The notes under the pieces were generated by a model that saw nothing but the letters and a program-made list of their open reading frames with translations, had not been told where the DNA came from and made no database searches. Shown piece by piece: positions 35,469 to 50,809 of a stretch of 59,395 nucleotides of DNA. Each line of letters starts with the position of its first letter. The stretch's first letter is position 1. Source of the DNA: Octopus bimaculoides. Taxonomy: Eukaryota. Both the position numbers and the translations under genes were made by a program. The stretch spans positions 61,843,436 to 61,902,830 of the forward strand of contig NC_068992.1 of assembly GCF_001194135.2 (NCBI RefSeq), written 5' to 3'.

Positions 35469-37284
35469 AATGCACACAGACGCCAACCATCCCTCAGTTT
35501 CTGCATATCTAGCTAATCATCCGACGAGGAACCCTCAAACAGCGCTGTTAATAATAATTACGTATCAAAATAAATTGATTTCAAAGATGAAATATATTGC
35601 AAACAAAACAACGCTAACAGAAAATTAAATACTATATGTGCAATCCTCTCTGTAACTGAAATTTCTGTTATAGTGTTATAAGTATTTTCTTAAAGCTTTT
35701 AAATATGTACTTCTTCGTACACCGTAGATACCATAAGGCTTAATAAGGATACTTTTAAAAATTATCTCTACAGATTTTCTATAGAAATTAGAGCCAGTAC
35801 TGAAAGTTACTACGTTTCGTATCACATTTATATAAACAATGCGACCGAAGATAGCAAAACAGGTAATTGGTGTATATACATATTTCAGGAATTCTTGCTC
35901 CTTTTTCAGCAACACAGCCCATTAACCATCCACGAACACATTGTTTCAATAGTCAATAGTTATAGCGATGTAACATAATTGGATTGACCAGTTTTACATA
36001 TTAAGTACACTCCTGGCAAGTGGCACGTACATATTAGTAAAAATGATGTTAAAGTAAGCTACAAATGCGCTAAGATCGTCGCTGTTTCCATAACACACGC
36101 AAAACTTCTCTATTCTTTGACAATGCGGCAACCTTAATATCGAACTACTCAGCGAAATGTATCATTCTAAAACGTTGGTTAAGCTAAGGTAGCCCATGTA
36201 AGTTTCCGTGAAACAAAAAAAGCGTTATATTAGTGTAACAGAAAACCTTTTAAAATAAGACTCTCGCAACATATTTATGCGTTTAGACATATTGAAAACG
36301 CCTCACCACTTCACAACCCAAATATACTTGAAATTTAAAAGGTAACAGTATTAATAGTTTTAAGATTGACTCAAGTTGTTCCAGAAAGTATGATCTTTGT
36401 CTTCTGCAAAATTAAATCTTTCTAAGACAGCTTGTCGATCTTGCCAATCGACCACTACGGGACAGAAACTTGGACAATGCATAGAACAATCATAAAGAAG
36501 CTAGAAACCTCTCATATAAAATATATAAATCATATAAATTATATATAAAGATCCAGCCTACTTGCTAAATTAACGCATAAGTGGCGGAGTATCCCACGGA
36601 CATGGGTACCGTTCATGCAAGTCTCAGTCTGACAAGGCTAGACCTTTGAATTACGGGTACAATTCATCCGGCGTGCTTCTACACAGTTTCCATCTACCCG
36701 ATTTCATTCACAAGGTACGAGCCAACCTCAGACTATAAAAAGGAATTATGGGTATAATCTATCCGACAGGCTTGCATACAGTTTCCGTCTACACGATTTC
36801 ATTCACAAGGCGTGGGTCAACCTCGATGGTAAAGTAAAAGACACATGACTAAAATTTTACGCTTTGGGAACGAACCCCAGACCTCACAACCAAAGAGGGC
36901 GTCTTAGCCACTCAGCAATGCATTTCAAATTGTTTCTCATCTAAAGAAGTACACAACAAGATACCTTTTTAAGGGTTTTCCTATCTCATACGCCTTGCAC
37001 AAAACCTTGTGCGTGTAAGTGCGGTGTGTGTGCGTGTGCGTGTGCAAGTGTGTATATATGTATGCATGTATGTGTGTGTGTGTGTGTGTGCATGCTTGTG
37101 TGTATGTGTACGGTGTATATGTGCGTGTAGTGTGTGTGTGTGTATGCGTGTGTGAGTGTGCGTAGGGACGGGGCTGTTACCAAGTCCTGATCAAGATGGT
37201 GGTGGTGGTAGTGGTGATGATGATGATGATGAATAAGAATAGCGTTGGTGGCGTAGTGGTAGAATAGGTGGTAATGTTGGTGTC

Positions 37285-37316
<32 letters not shown>

Positions 37317-37410
37317 CGACGACGATGACAACGACGACGACTACGATGATGATGGTAAAGATGATGATGATGAAGATGACGAAGATGATGATGCTGACGG
37401 TGAGGCTGCA

Positions 37411-37441
<31 letters not shown>

Positions 37442-37618
37442 ATGACGGTGCTGATGTGAATGTTGTCCAATTATCTCTTGTTAACTACATCACCAGCTGG
37501 TCCCGTCTTCCCCGACGTTTCCTGCCCCTTAAATGCAACAATGTGACGCCATAGCTATAAATATGGCGATGGTAATTGTGGTGGCGGTAGCTAGAGGTGA
37601 GGGTGAGTAATATGGGGT

Positions 37619-37657
<39 letters not shown>

Positions 37658-40290
37658 NNNNNNNNNNNNNNNNNNNNNNNNNNNNNNNNNNNNNNNNNNN
37701 NNNNNNNNNNNNNNNNNNNNNNNNNNNNNNNNNNNNNNNNNNNNNNNNNNNNNNNNNNNNNNNNNNNNNNNNNNNNNNNNNNNNNNNNNNNNNNNNNNNN
37801 NNNNNNNNNNNNNNNNNNNNNNNNNNNNNNNNNNNNNNNNNNNNNNNNNNNNNNNNNNNNNNNNNNNNNNNNNNNNNNNNNNNNNNNNNNNNNNNNNNNN
37901 NNNNNNNNNNNNNNNNNNNNNNNNNNNNNNNNNNNNNNNNNNNNNNNNNNNNNNNNNNNNNNNNNNNNNNNNNNNNNNNNNNNNNNNNNNNNNNNNNNNN
38001 NNNNNNNNNNNNNNNNNNNNNNNNNNNNNNNNNNNNNNNNNNNNNNNNNNNNNNNNNNNNNNNNNNNNNNNNNNNNNNNNNNNNNNNNNNNNNNNNNNNN
38101 NNNNNNNNNNNNNNNNNNNNNNNNNNNNNNNNNNNNNNNNNNNNNNNNNNNNNNNNNNNNNNNNNNNNNNNNNNNNNNNNNNNNNNNNNNNNNNNNNNNN
38201 NNNNNNNNNNNNNNNNNNNNNNNNNNNNNNNNNNNNNNNNNNNNNNNNNNNNNNNNNNNNNNNNNNNNNNNNNNNNNNNNNNNNNNNNNNNNNNNNNNNN
38301 NNNNNNNNNNNNNNNNNNNNNNNNNNNNNNNNNNNNNNNNNNNNNNNNNNNNNNNNNNNNNNNNNNNNNNNNNNNNNNNNNNNNNNNNNNNNNNNNNNNN
38401 NNNNNNNNNNNNNNNNNNNNNNNNNNNNNNNNNNNNNNNNNNNNNNNNNNNNNNNNNNNNNNNNNNNNNNNNNNNNNNNNNNNNNNNNNNNNNNNNNNNN
38501 NNNGTATATGAATAAAAATAAAAATGAAAATAAAAAAAGGGTTTTGTATGATCGTGTATAGAGGAATATATTATTTAAAAGAGTTCCAACTCTGTCTGTT
38601 TTTTATGTTTTATTTATATTCTTATAAAATTAATGTGGGATATAAAATATGGAATATATGATATGATATAAATAGTAAAATGAAATGAAGTATTGAATGT
38701 CTTATTGAATATATGAAATATTGAATATTAAATATAGAGAATTAAATATATAAAGAAAGGCTAGTATATACTTTCATGCCTATTGGCATTCATCAAGGCC
38801 CCGTCCATTTAAACACAAAAGAGGTGACCCTAACAGGACACCTTACATGCTAGAAGGAACAGTCAAAGTCCGAACTACATTTAAGAGCAATTTCAAAGGG
38901 AATGAAAAATAAAGACATTTACAATATTTAACCCCCGAACCTAGGTTTCGAATTCTAATTAACAAATAAAACAATCTGTGAGGAGAACTTCGCCTAACAC
39001 CGTTCACCGTTTTCCCAAGGATCTATTCATGTAAACACGGATTTCCTGCATAAAGTAAAAAAAAAAAGCCCTATTAACCGTTGTAATAAAATGGATGCTA
39101 AGAAATATAGGAGAATCCAGCTGTCTGCCATTAAACTAGACTTCTAAGATTTGTACAAAAGAAGAAAAAAAAAAGAAAGAAACAATTCTACAACTCATTC
39201 CTTTGACTTTCTTTCGTTTCCTTCTCTTTTAAAATGTATTTTTTTTCTTTTACTTGTTAAAAGGTTTGGTCGAACACTAATACTTACTCTATTGGTATAT
39301 TTTACCGAACCGCTAACTTACGGGGACGTAAACAAACCAAAACCGGTTGTCAATAGGTGAAGGGACAGACACAAAGACACACGCAAATGTATATACAACG
39401 GATTTCTACACAGTTTTCGTCTACCAAATTCACCAGCCTTGTCACACTTGTGTCATGCTGAATCTTTCTGAGAACTTCCTTAAGGGTACACGTGCCTGTG
39501 GAGTACTCAGCCACTTGCGTGTTAATTTCAAGAGCAGGCTGTTCCGTTGATCCCTCATCGTCGTAACCGACGGAGTACTTATGTATAATAAATAACAATA
39601 ATAATAAAATTTCTGAAAAAATTTGTGATGGCTATTTTCACTCTATTACCATAACATCGTAAGAATTCGTCCAGCATTTTAAGGGTCCGCGATGAAAGAA
39701 ATTTGAAGACCATTGCCTTGCTGTTTGTGTTGTATGGAGTACGACGCCATACTGAGAAGAGGTTGTATAAACTGTGTTACCTGCAGTGTGAAGCTGTACA
39801 CTTGTTCAAGGACATAATGCACTGCCCGACCAGGGAATTGCACCCGCAATATTATGATTGTGAACCGAACGCCGCAAATCACTAGGCCACCCGCATTCAC
39901 ACGCGCGCGCACACACACACACATTTAAAAGCATATGTATGAAATGTATGTGTATGTAAATGTGTATGTGTGTGCGTGTGTAAATGTGCATGTATATGAG
40001 CGTGGTGTGTGTGTGTGAAGGTCGCATTGTCGTATTGCGCATGCAGATATACATACATGCAAACATACGTAAATACATGTTTGCATATCTCTTTAAAAGT
40101 ATGTACTTGTATACGACTATTTGATGGATGGGGGAAAAACAGTTTTCTAAAGCTAAATATAGTTTAACAAATGCTAAATTAGTCTTACGCCATATTGTTT
40201 ATGTGTATATACATTATATACATACTGTAAATGCAACCATGCATGTATATATAGACATTCCACACTGGCTCTCTCTCTCTCTCTCTCTCC

Positions 40291-40331
<41 letters not shown>

Positions 40332-40457
40332 TTTCTCTCTCTCTCTCACACGCACACACTTTCTCTCTCTCTCTCTCATTCACATACAAAGACAAACATT
40401 CTCAAGTATGTTGCACCTTGGCTGGTTCGTTCATTTGCAATTCTACATCACGCATCC

Positions 40458-40479
40458 AGTCTATCTATCTATCTATCTT

Positions 40480-40510
<31 letters not shown>

Positions 40511-40515
40511 GTCTG

Positions 40516-40594
<79 letters not shown>

Positions 40595-40599
40595 GTCTG

Positions 40600-40682
<83 letters not shown>

Positions 40683-40707
40683 GTCTGTCTATCTATCTAT
40701 CTATCTA

Positions 40708-40777
<70 letters not shown>

Positions 40778-40855
40778 AATCTATTTACCTACCTACCAGT
40801 TTGTCAATCTGTCTGTCTGTCAATCTATTTACCTACCTACCAGTCTGTCTATCTG
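40458..40855. repeat. Compound (TCTA)n/(TCTG)n microsatellite
   Basis: Direct reading. Confidence 0.97.
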
Positions 40856-40873
40856 CCAATTTTGACTTATCTA

Positions 40874-41069
40874 CTGGCTTTCGGTAAAAGAAAATACAAG
40901 AAGATCAGTAAATTATGATTTTATTCAACATATTCCCCTCTCAGATTCACACACTTACTGCAGCAGTTCTTCAGTTTTTCTAGTCCTGTAAAAGAACTTG
41001 GAAGGTTGGGCCTTCAACCAGGTCTTTCGCGATATCCTTAAAGCGAGGAACTTTTCTGCACCCCTCGTA
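40874..41069 (-). mobile_element. mariner-derived MITE
   Basis: Reverse-complement homologue of 52889-53112; ends GGAACTTTTCTGCACCCCTCG|TA. Confidence 0.85.
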
Positions 41070-41698
41070 TACATTTATTAATATACGAATGCATGTGCCA
41101 GTGTATCTGCGAGTACATATGCGATTACATGTGATTATCATTGGATAGAAAAATCGAAGCCTTCAACTTTTTTCAATCCAATAAGTTTTTTTTACCCAAT
41201 ATTTATTCGCTATACACACAACACACACAGCATTTTATATTTTTATACATACATACATGTATACATACATAATACATGCATATATATATATATATATATA
41301 TATATANNNNNNNNNNNNNNNNNNNNNNNNNNNNNNNNNNNNNNNNNNNNNNNNNNNNNNNNNNNNNNNNNNNNNNNNNNNNNNNNNNNNNNNNNNNNNN
41401 NNNNNNNNNNNNNNNNNNNNNNNNNNNNNNNNNNNNNNNNNNNNNNNNNNNNNNNNNNNNNNNNNNNNNNNNNNNNNNNNNNNNNNNNNNNNNNNNNNNN
41501 NNNNNNNNNNNNNNNNNNNNNNNNNNNNNNNNNNNNNNNNNNNNNNNNNNNNNNNNNNNNNNNNNNNNNNNNNNNNNNNNNNNNNNNNNNNNNNNNNNNN
41601 NNNNNNNNNNNNNNNNNNNNNNNNNNNNNNNNNNNNNNNNNNNTCTAAGGGTGAACGATCTCTATCGTGTACTCTAATACGTTCTTAACTATATATAG

Positions 41699-41733
<35 letters not shown>

Positions 41734-43400
41734 GACAAAAAAACAAACATTTATATTTATGCATGAGGGCCACAAACTGGCAGAATCGTTAGCACGCCGG
41801 GCAAAATGCTTTACCGGCATTTCGTCCGTCTTTGTGTCCTGAGTTCAAATTCCGCGGGCGTCGATTTTTGCCTTTTGTCGTTTCGGGGTCGATAAAATAC
41901 GTAACAGTGGAGCACTGGGGTCAATGTAATCGACTTACTCTCTTCCTGAAAGTACTGGCTTTGTGCCAAAATTTTAAACCAATATGTGTGTGTGACTGTT
42001 TCTGTGTGTGTGTGATTGTGTGTGTAAAAAGAATATGATAATTTTGTTCTGCATTACATCTCTCTCACACTGTCACTATCATCAGCATCACCACCATCTC
42101 TATCACGATGGCTACTACCACCATCACCACTACCACAACACTGACCACCACCGCCGCCCCATCACTACCACCACCACCACCACTTTACTACCAAAGACAT
42201 TACAATTACGTTCCGTTCTCCCTAACTAACCGTTTCTTGGAAGTTTGTCTAAAATCAGAAAGGTTATCTGCCAGCTAATTTTAACCAAACCAAACCAAAC
42301 ACGAACTCCGTGACCCATTCATCTTCCTCCGCATCCATCTTACCTTCACCACAGACCCTACAGCACCGTCAACGGCNNNNNNNNNNNNNNNNNNNNNNNN
42401 NNNNNNNNNNNNNNNNNNNNNNNNNNNNNNNNNNNNNNNNNNNNNNNNNNNNNNNNNNNNNNNNNNNNNNNNNNNNNNNNNNNNNNNNNNNNNNNNNNNN
42501 NNNNNNNNNNNNNNNNNNNNNNNNNNNNNNNNNNNNNNNNNNNNNNNNNNNNNNNNNNNNNNNNNNNNNNNNNNNNNNNNNNNNNNNNNNNNNNNNNNNN
42601 NNNNNNNNNNNNNNNNNNNNNNNNNNNNNNNNNNNNNNNNNNNNNNNNNNNNNNNNNNNNNNNNNNNNNNNNNNNNNNNNNNNNNNNNNNNNNNNNNNNN
42701 NNNNNNNNNNNNNNNNNNNNNNNNNNNNNNNNNNNNNNNNNNNNNNNNNNNNNNNNNNNNNNNNNNNNNNNNNNNNNNNNNNNNNNNNNNNNNNNNNNNN
42801 NNNNACCACCACCACCACCACCACCACCACCACCACCATTGACTACAGAGTTGCCAGCGGCAATATACAATCATAGTTTTTCTTGTACACCATCACTAAA
42901 ATAGTGATTTTAAAGAAGCAAAACAATTCAATTAACTGAAATAATCAATGCAGTTAGTGAATAAAAACTCCCTCGATATAAGTATGTATGTTTAAAAAAC
43001 AACTAATAAGGGAGAGAATTTTAACATAATTAGATGACCTACATTTTTGCAAAATAAAGACGATGCTGGAGGGCGTAGGTCTGGAGTTTAATGCCAAGTG
43101 GTGAAAACCATAGACATGGTGTTTCGGTCTTCTAAAGTACTATCACATATTGGGGATGTACTTTGAGAAATGTATTTATGTGGTAATTATAAAAGCAGAG
43201 CGGAACAAAAATAAAATGGTTACAGCTAGAACAATTTCGATCCTACGTCTACTGGGTCAGAGCTAACCTGGTGCTAAGCAATACATACATACATACATAC
43301 ATACACATATATTTATACACACGCATTTAGACACACGTTTATATATACATAAATACATACATACATGTATATATACATATACGTACGTACATACAACACG

Positions 43401-43444
<44 letters not shown>

Positions 43445-44718
43445 TATATATATAAACCAAAGTTATTTTATTCCACATGGGTAGGAATATAGGAAAAATT
43501 GAAGTTGAAAATGTACTAAGAATAGTTCAAATATTTTTTATTAATACGTTTAAAGATTTAACGGTTTCACAGTTTTACACTGATTTTCAAAACGTTGAAA
43601 TAAAAAGACGTTGCTTATGTCGCAGTCGTCTTGCTTCTGACTGGTGTTTGAAGCTTGCCCTGTTTTTATAGGCATTTCATGGCTCAAATTAGTATATGTT
43701 TTGAATAGGATTTGATTCGTAGGGGATAGTCACATGACTGGTCTTAGAAATTTTTGTCGGTTCACCGCTACGTCCGTGTGTTAGTATCAAGTGACAATGT
43801 TTGGCGTCGTAAGTTAAAGCTGACGCAATTGACTGATCATGTCCAAACAATCAATGCTCTGAATGTTTACTGCCAAGTGTTTGTAGAGAACGAGCATGTG
43901 ATTAAGTTTATAACCGTTTGTACGTTTCCTGCTATGTCCGTGCGTTAGTGCCACATGACAGTACATTTTGCGCCTAAAAAGATGACCGACACAGTTGAGT
44001 GGACATGCTTTAGTTACAATCACGGTACATCAAATTTAATGTGTATGGCGGGAGAATTGACAGAAATCGTTCTTATGTGATCCTGTTGCTAAGTTTAGGT
44101 TGTTAGCTGTGTAGGTCCCTCATGTTAAGTGACAGAATGTATTTTGTGTGTGAATAGTTATTTGTGTATGTACTCTGTTAAAGTTTGTTAAGTCTTGGTT
44201 TGTACTTTTGTATGAAAGTATTTTCTTTGTTTATCCGTACTTCATTTGTGGTATTCGTTGAACATAGGTAGAGTGGGAAGGCCTGGAATTTGGAGGACTT
44301 ATTTTTTGTGCATATATGTCTATGTGTCTACTCAGTGGAATCTGTCTAGTACTGGGGTCAGTCTATTTCTTTGTTTGACCTATGTAATCTTCATTACATA
44401 CTTGACATTTGATAGCGTATATTAAATTCCTTGAAGAACATATAAAGTGACTTTTTTTTTTTACCATCACCACCATCACCACCATCACCAAGAACACCAC
44501 CAACATCTTCCAGACCATTATACGCTTCCGTCTCCGACAGTTTCAACCAACTGGAAGCTATAATAGAAGACACATGCACAAGGTGACGTACAAAGGTATC
44601 GAATCTGGAATTACTTGGTTGAGAACCATACTTACATATATACATGCATGAAAACATATATGCATACATGCATACACATATTTACATATATGTTGGCATA
44701 TCTATATATATATATATG

Positions 44719-44767
<49 letters not shown>

Positions 44768-45540
44768 CTATATACATATACATAAATATGTATATATATA
44801 TATATATNNNNNNNNNNNNNNNNNNNNNNNNNNNNNNNNNNNNNNNNNNNNNNNNNNNNNNNNNNNNNNNNNNNNNNNNNNNNNNNNNNNNNNNNNNNNN
44901 NNNNNNNNNNNNNNNNNNNNNNNNNNNNNNNNNNNNNNNNNNNNNNNNNNNNNNNNNNNNNNNNNNNNNNNNNNNNNNNNNNNNNNNNNNNNNNNNNNNN
45001 NNNNNNNNNNNNNNNNNNNNNNNNNNNNNNNNNNNNNNNNNNNNNNNNNNNNNNNNNNNNNNNNNNNNNNNNNNNNNNNNNNNNNNNNNNNNNNNNNNNN
45101 NNNNNNNNNNNNNNNNNNNNNNNNNNNNNNNNNNNNNNNNNNNNNNNNNNNNNNNNNNNNNNNNNNNNNNNNNNNNNNNNNNNNNNNNNNNNNNNNNNNN
45201 NNNNNNNNNNNNATATATATTTATACATATATGTCTGTGAATTTCTATATTTCTGTATGTATGCATGTATGTATGTTTATATATATATATATATATATAT
45301 GTTTGTGTGTGTGTGTGTGTGTGTACATATATGCGCATACTAATAGTGACGCACTTATGCACACAAAAGCATGTGTGTGTGTGTAGTTGGCTGGCTGCCC
45401 ACTCTTCAGGTACGAAGTGAATACAGTGTAACGAAAAAGTTTGCCAACATAGCTAATGTTATTTGATATTAAGTACCACATCCCACCCCATATCCTCCCC
45501 ATTGCACCAATACCAACAACACCACCACCACTCAGCGTCC

Positions 45541-45598
<58 letters not shown>

Positions 45599-45842
45599 CG
45601 CTGTAACTGCTGCTGCTGTTGCAAACTTTACTCAAAATATATCACCATTTAACAAAACTTCTTGCTCATGCAACAGACAGTTCACTCACTCATCCTGTTC
45701 TTTTTCACTTCTTTTCTTTTTCTTCCTTTCTTTCTTTCTTTTCTTTCTATCTTTCTTTCTTTTTTCTTTCATTCCTTCCATCTTTTCTTCTCTCACCAAT
45801 TCTTCAGACGAAAGTCCTGGTGTTGTAATCTGTTCTTCCTTT

Positions 45843-45893
<51 letters not shown>

Positions 45894-47480
45894 ATTCTCC
45901 AACGCGTTGCTTCCCCCCCCCCGAACACCTCTCTGCCATCAATTCCACAGACAAAAATAAAAAAAAAATAAAAGACTTCTTGTTAACAACGGAATCTCTC
46001 ACCTCTTTCTGTCTTCGGCATTTCTTACATTTGAACGCTGCAACCAAACCACCACCACCACCACCACCAACGACAACAATAGCAGCATTCTGCTCCACCG
46101 CTACCATCCTTTCCAGTTTTAAATGACGTCACCCCACCCCCACCATCATATCCTCCAATCATTCTCCAAGATAAACTCTCTTACACAACTATACTAACCC
46201 TAATTAAATCACCTGGAAATCTGGCTTCGCAACAACAGACTTTAAATAACACCAACCAATTCTGCGGTCTCCACTTCTTAACAACAACAGCAACAGCAGC
46301 AGCAGCACCACCACCACCACCACCACCACCACCACCACCGAACTTCAAATACAAGGTACAGGCATGGCCGTGTAGTTTAGTTCTTTGTTTCGGAACTTCG
46401 TGGTATTGAGTTCAAATCCTCTACGCACAACTTAAGTGTCTTCAACTATAACCCCGGGTCGACCAAGCCTTGTGAGTTCATTTCATAGACAGAAACGGAG
46501 TAGAAGGTTATCCTAATCAGTAATTTATTCCTACTGAAGGCACAAGGCCTGAAATTTTTCCTTTTGTCGGTTGTGTGAGTGTGTGGTAGGGGTGGGGGTG
46601 GGATGGAACAGGGGTTAGTCGATTACATCGACCCCAATGCTCAACTAGTACTTTATTTTATCGATCCCCAAAATGATGAAAGGTAAAGCTGACCTCGGCG
46701 CAATTTGAACTCAGAATGTTCGGTCAGAAGAAATGCTGCAAAGTATTTTGTCCGGCACGCTAGCGAACCTGCCAGCTCGCCGCCCTCATGCCATTTGGCG
46801 TTTAGACCATAACATATTCCCCAGAAGCGTTGGTGTTGGACTGTTGACGTTCTGCTTGCATCTGATGAGTTATTTTGCTAGACATCAGAACACATTAGCA
46901 ATTAATTCATTGTTTACTAGCTTAAAAGCCGCACTCCGTGCAGAGAGCTAGTTGGGCCTGCGGTCCAAAACTAAAAAGAACAATAATAATAAAGCATTTA
47001 TTGGTACCCGACCAATATATTATTACCCTACCCATATGGTATTACTTTAGATTCAGCTTAAATGAACCATTTGTAAGTTCACAAATTTTTGGAGTTCTTT
47101 TAATGTAAATAATGTAAATAATGTAAATAATTCCCCATCTCTTAAATATAGAACTGTAATATTATCTCAGTTTAAAAAAAACCATGACAATGTAAATATG
47201 TTAATGGTTACCATGGGTAGCAAAAAGCACACAAAAAAAGAACAGGGTATCACACCCGTTTTATAGGTAGAGATACCAAGTTAAAGCGATGCATTTTGAG
47301 TAGATATGAATAATATGTTGGTTCCCTGAAGATGAAAATATGTGCAATTCCAGCAGCTCGTACTTCTTTGGAGTAGAGTGCACATATATTTTGAAACATA
47401 TGTAGGAATTAAAAGAACTTTTATTTATATGCGTTTTGCTCCATTTATTGTTATTATTCATATCTACTAAAAATGCATCA

Positions 47481-47552
<72 letters not shown>

Positions 47553-48234
47553 AAGAGAGGTGGGTAGATAGATAGATATAGATATATACATATAGATGTA
47601 TATACGAGTGTGCGCGCGCGTGAGTGTGTGTGCATGTGCGTATGTGTGCGAGCGAGTGTATATGCAAGCACACATACCCTTATATACATGCACCCACACA
47701 CAAGACAAACGTTTATGTGCACGCACACACACATGCACACACAAACACGCATGCACACACACGCACACATTCAGAATGCTCTATTTTCTATGTAAAGGGA
47801 TATTTTTCACAAGCATATACACGTATCTACGTATATTTATGTGTGTGTGTGAGTATGTGTGTATGCTTGTGTTTGTGCGAATGTGTGTGTGTGTGTGTGT
47901 ATATATGTACTCCTCTCTTTATCTCCTTCCTCTCTCTCCCCCTCTCTCTCCCCCTCTCCCCCTCTCTCCCCCTCTCTCCCCTCCTCTCTTCCCCCCGTCT
48001 CTCTCTCTGTCTCTCTCCCCCTCTCTCCGTCTCTCTGTCTCTCTGTCTCTCTCCCCCTCTCTCTGTCTATCCCCCCTCTCTCTCTATATATAGATATNNN
48101 NNNNNNNNNNNNNNNNNNNNNNNNNNNNNNNNNNNNNNNNNNNNNNNNNNNNNNNNNNNNNNNNNNNNNNNNNNNNNNNNNNNNNNNNNNNNNNNNNNNN
48201 NNNNNNNNNNNNNNNNNNNNNNNNNNNNNNNNNC

Positions 48235-48267
<33 letters not shown>

Positions 48268-48471
48268 TGTATGTATGTATGTGTGTGTGTGTGTGTGTTT
48301 TTGTGTGTGTGTGCTTCTGTTTATAACGTTGTGCGAAAATGGCAGTGTATGGATGGCTAGCCAAAATATATTGGGCAGCAAAATAATATGAAAGACCCTA
48401 CGGCAAAATTTTGTCAGATTTATTAAGGCAGGCAGGGAAAAGTTGGTTAGACTTAATAGTCGGAAGGCAAG

Positions 48472-48519
<48 letters not shown>

Positions 48520-48582
48520 GTCTGTCTGTCTGCGTGTATATGTGTCTGTAAACTCATGCATACAATTATACATACATACATA

Positions 48583-48650
<68 letters not shown>

Positions 48651-48899
48651 CACGTACATACATATATACATGCGTACATATACGCATACACACATACCCA
48701 ACCAGACCACACGGCCACTTATATGTTTGTTTGGGTGTGTATGAGTGTGTTTAGGTGTGACAGTGTATGCTAGTGTGTGTGTGTGGGCGTACGCACATAT
48801 GTATATACTTAATAAATTTACGTATGTATACAGTCATACACAAACGCATACCGTAGCAAGCATGCACAAACACCCACACATATTATATTGAAGGTCCCA

Positions 48900-50182
48900 C
48901 TCCACATATCCAATATATAATTATGTTTATCGAAGCACAAGCATATGCAAGTTACTATCTATCTGGATCTGTGAAATCTTGCATGTATTAATTTCAACAC
49001 TTCTTATTAATTACTGCATTGTTCCTTTCAAGGTAAATTGACATGTGACAGTTCAAAGACGATTTCAAAACTAACTAGTGACGATTTCTCTTGAAAATGG
49101 ACGAAGTCTGTCATCGTGGTGTTGTCAAGTACCCGTAGAAAAAGGGTCTATCCCACAAGTACATTCATGCTGACATGGTTACTACATTAAGGGACGACGC
49201 TTCAGCTTTATCAACAGTGCAAAAGTTGGTAGCTGAATTTAGGTGGTGAATGGAGAGTCTGGATGATGACCCAATGTCTAGACGTCCTGCAACTGCCACC
49301 ACCGAGGAAAACATTGGCTGCGTTCCGTACATGGTGATGGATGACAGGTGATTGACTGTGAATCAAATAGTCAATGCTATTATCATATCCTGTGAGAGTT
49401 GAGATTATTCTGCAAATTGAATTTGGCATGACTAAGGTTTCTGCTCAGTGGGTGCATCTGATCAAAAGCGCACCAGGCTGATCACCTCAAAGGAAAATCT
49501 GACATTGAGGCAGATCCAGCTGGTTTCCTTGAACGTACCCTAATCCAAGATGAATGTTGGGTTTATCGCTTTGAGTCAGAGACAAAGAGACAATCTGTGC
49601 GGTGTAAACACTCCTCCTCACCCGCTCCAAAGGAAGCCGAGGTCGTTTGATCTGCAGGGAAGGTGATGACATCAGTTTTTTAGAATGCAAAAAGCATTGT
49701 GCTTATTGAATATCTTCAAAAGTGCCACATCGTCAATGGAAAGTACTAAGCCAACTTGTTGAAGCGGATACAGAAGGCTATGAAGACCAAATGCCCAGAG
49801 AAAAACTCATGTAAGGAATTTTATTTCATCAGGACAATTCCCCAGAAGTGCTTGCTTTTAATGGTTTACAGTGGATTTGAACTGGTTAATTGTTGTCCCT
49901 ATTCTCTCAAGTTGGTCCCATCTGATTATCATCTCTTCCTCAACACGATAAAACACTTGGCCGGGAAACAGTATCGCAGTGGTGATGACGTCATATCTGC
50001 TGTTGATATTGTTTGACCCACAGGATGGAAGCTCCTTCACCAATGGGATCCAAGCACTGCAACATCGATGGAAGAAGATTGTGTGGGTTGCGTGGGTGAG
50101 TGTGTTGAAGAATAAACCTCATTTGGTCACATTCCATGAGAGTATCTTGCTCAGCCTATAAACTTATCGGCCGACCCTCGTA
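48900..50182 (+). mobile_element. Degenerate near-full-length mariner (irritans-like DD34D)
   Basis: ATG at 49097 (MDEVCHRGVVKY), DECWVY..ETKRQS, SAGKVMTSVF, HQDN, YSLKLVPSDYHLF, with many stops. Right TIR ends ..AAACTTATCGGCCGACCCTCG|TA; left TIR not recognised. Confidence 0.9.
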
Positions 50183-50337
50183 TGTATGTATGTATGTATG
50201 TATGTATGTATGTATGTATGTATGTATGTATGTATGTATGTATGCAAGCAAGCACGTAACTTGTATGTTTTTATCAATTAATCAATCAATCAATCAATCT
50301 GTCTGTTTGTCGTTCTGTCTGTCTATCTATCTGTGTG

Positions 50338-50375
<38 letters not shown>

Positions 50376-50386
50376 CNNNNNNNNNN

Positions 50387-50417
<31 letters not shown>

Positions 50418-50714
50418 CCCTCTCTTTTCTCTCCCCACACGCCATTTATTTTGCTTATTTTCAAGCAAAACATAAACTTATTTATTCACTAAAATACTTC
50501 ATAAAATGGGCGAAAAACAAATAAGCAAACAACCAATGAAAACAAAACAAAAACAAAAAAGTTTAGAAAAAAAAAAAACAGGCACCCACCACCCTCCCAG
50601 AAATAAAAAAACAAAGCAACTGAAAAAGCAAAAGAAAAAATATAATCAATTATAAACAACCAACGAACCGACTTAAGAATTTCATACACACACACGCAAC
50701 ATACATGCAACACA

Positions 50715-50809
<95 letters not shown>

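Noticed and set aside
35676-35915. 79-aa minus-strand ORF in unique sequence
   Set aside because: Non-ATG start, no clear splice sites, no recognisable motif.
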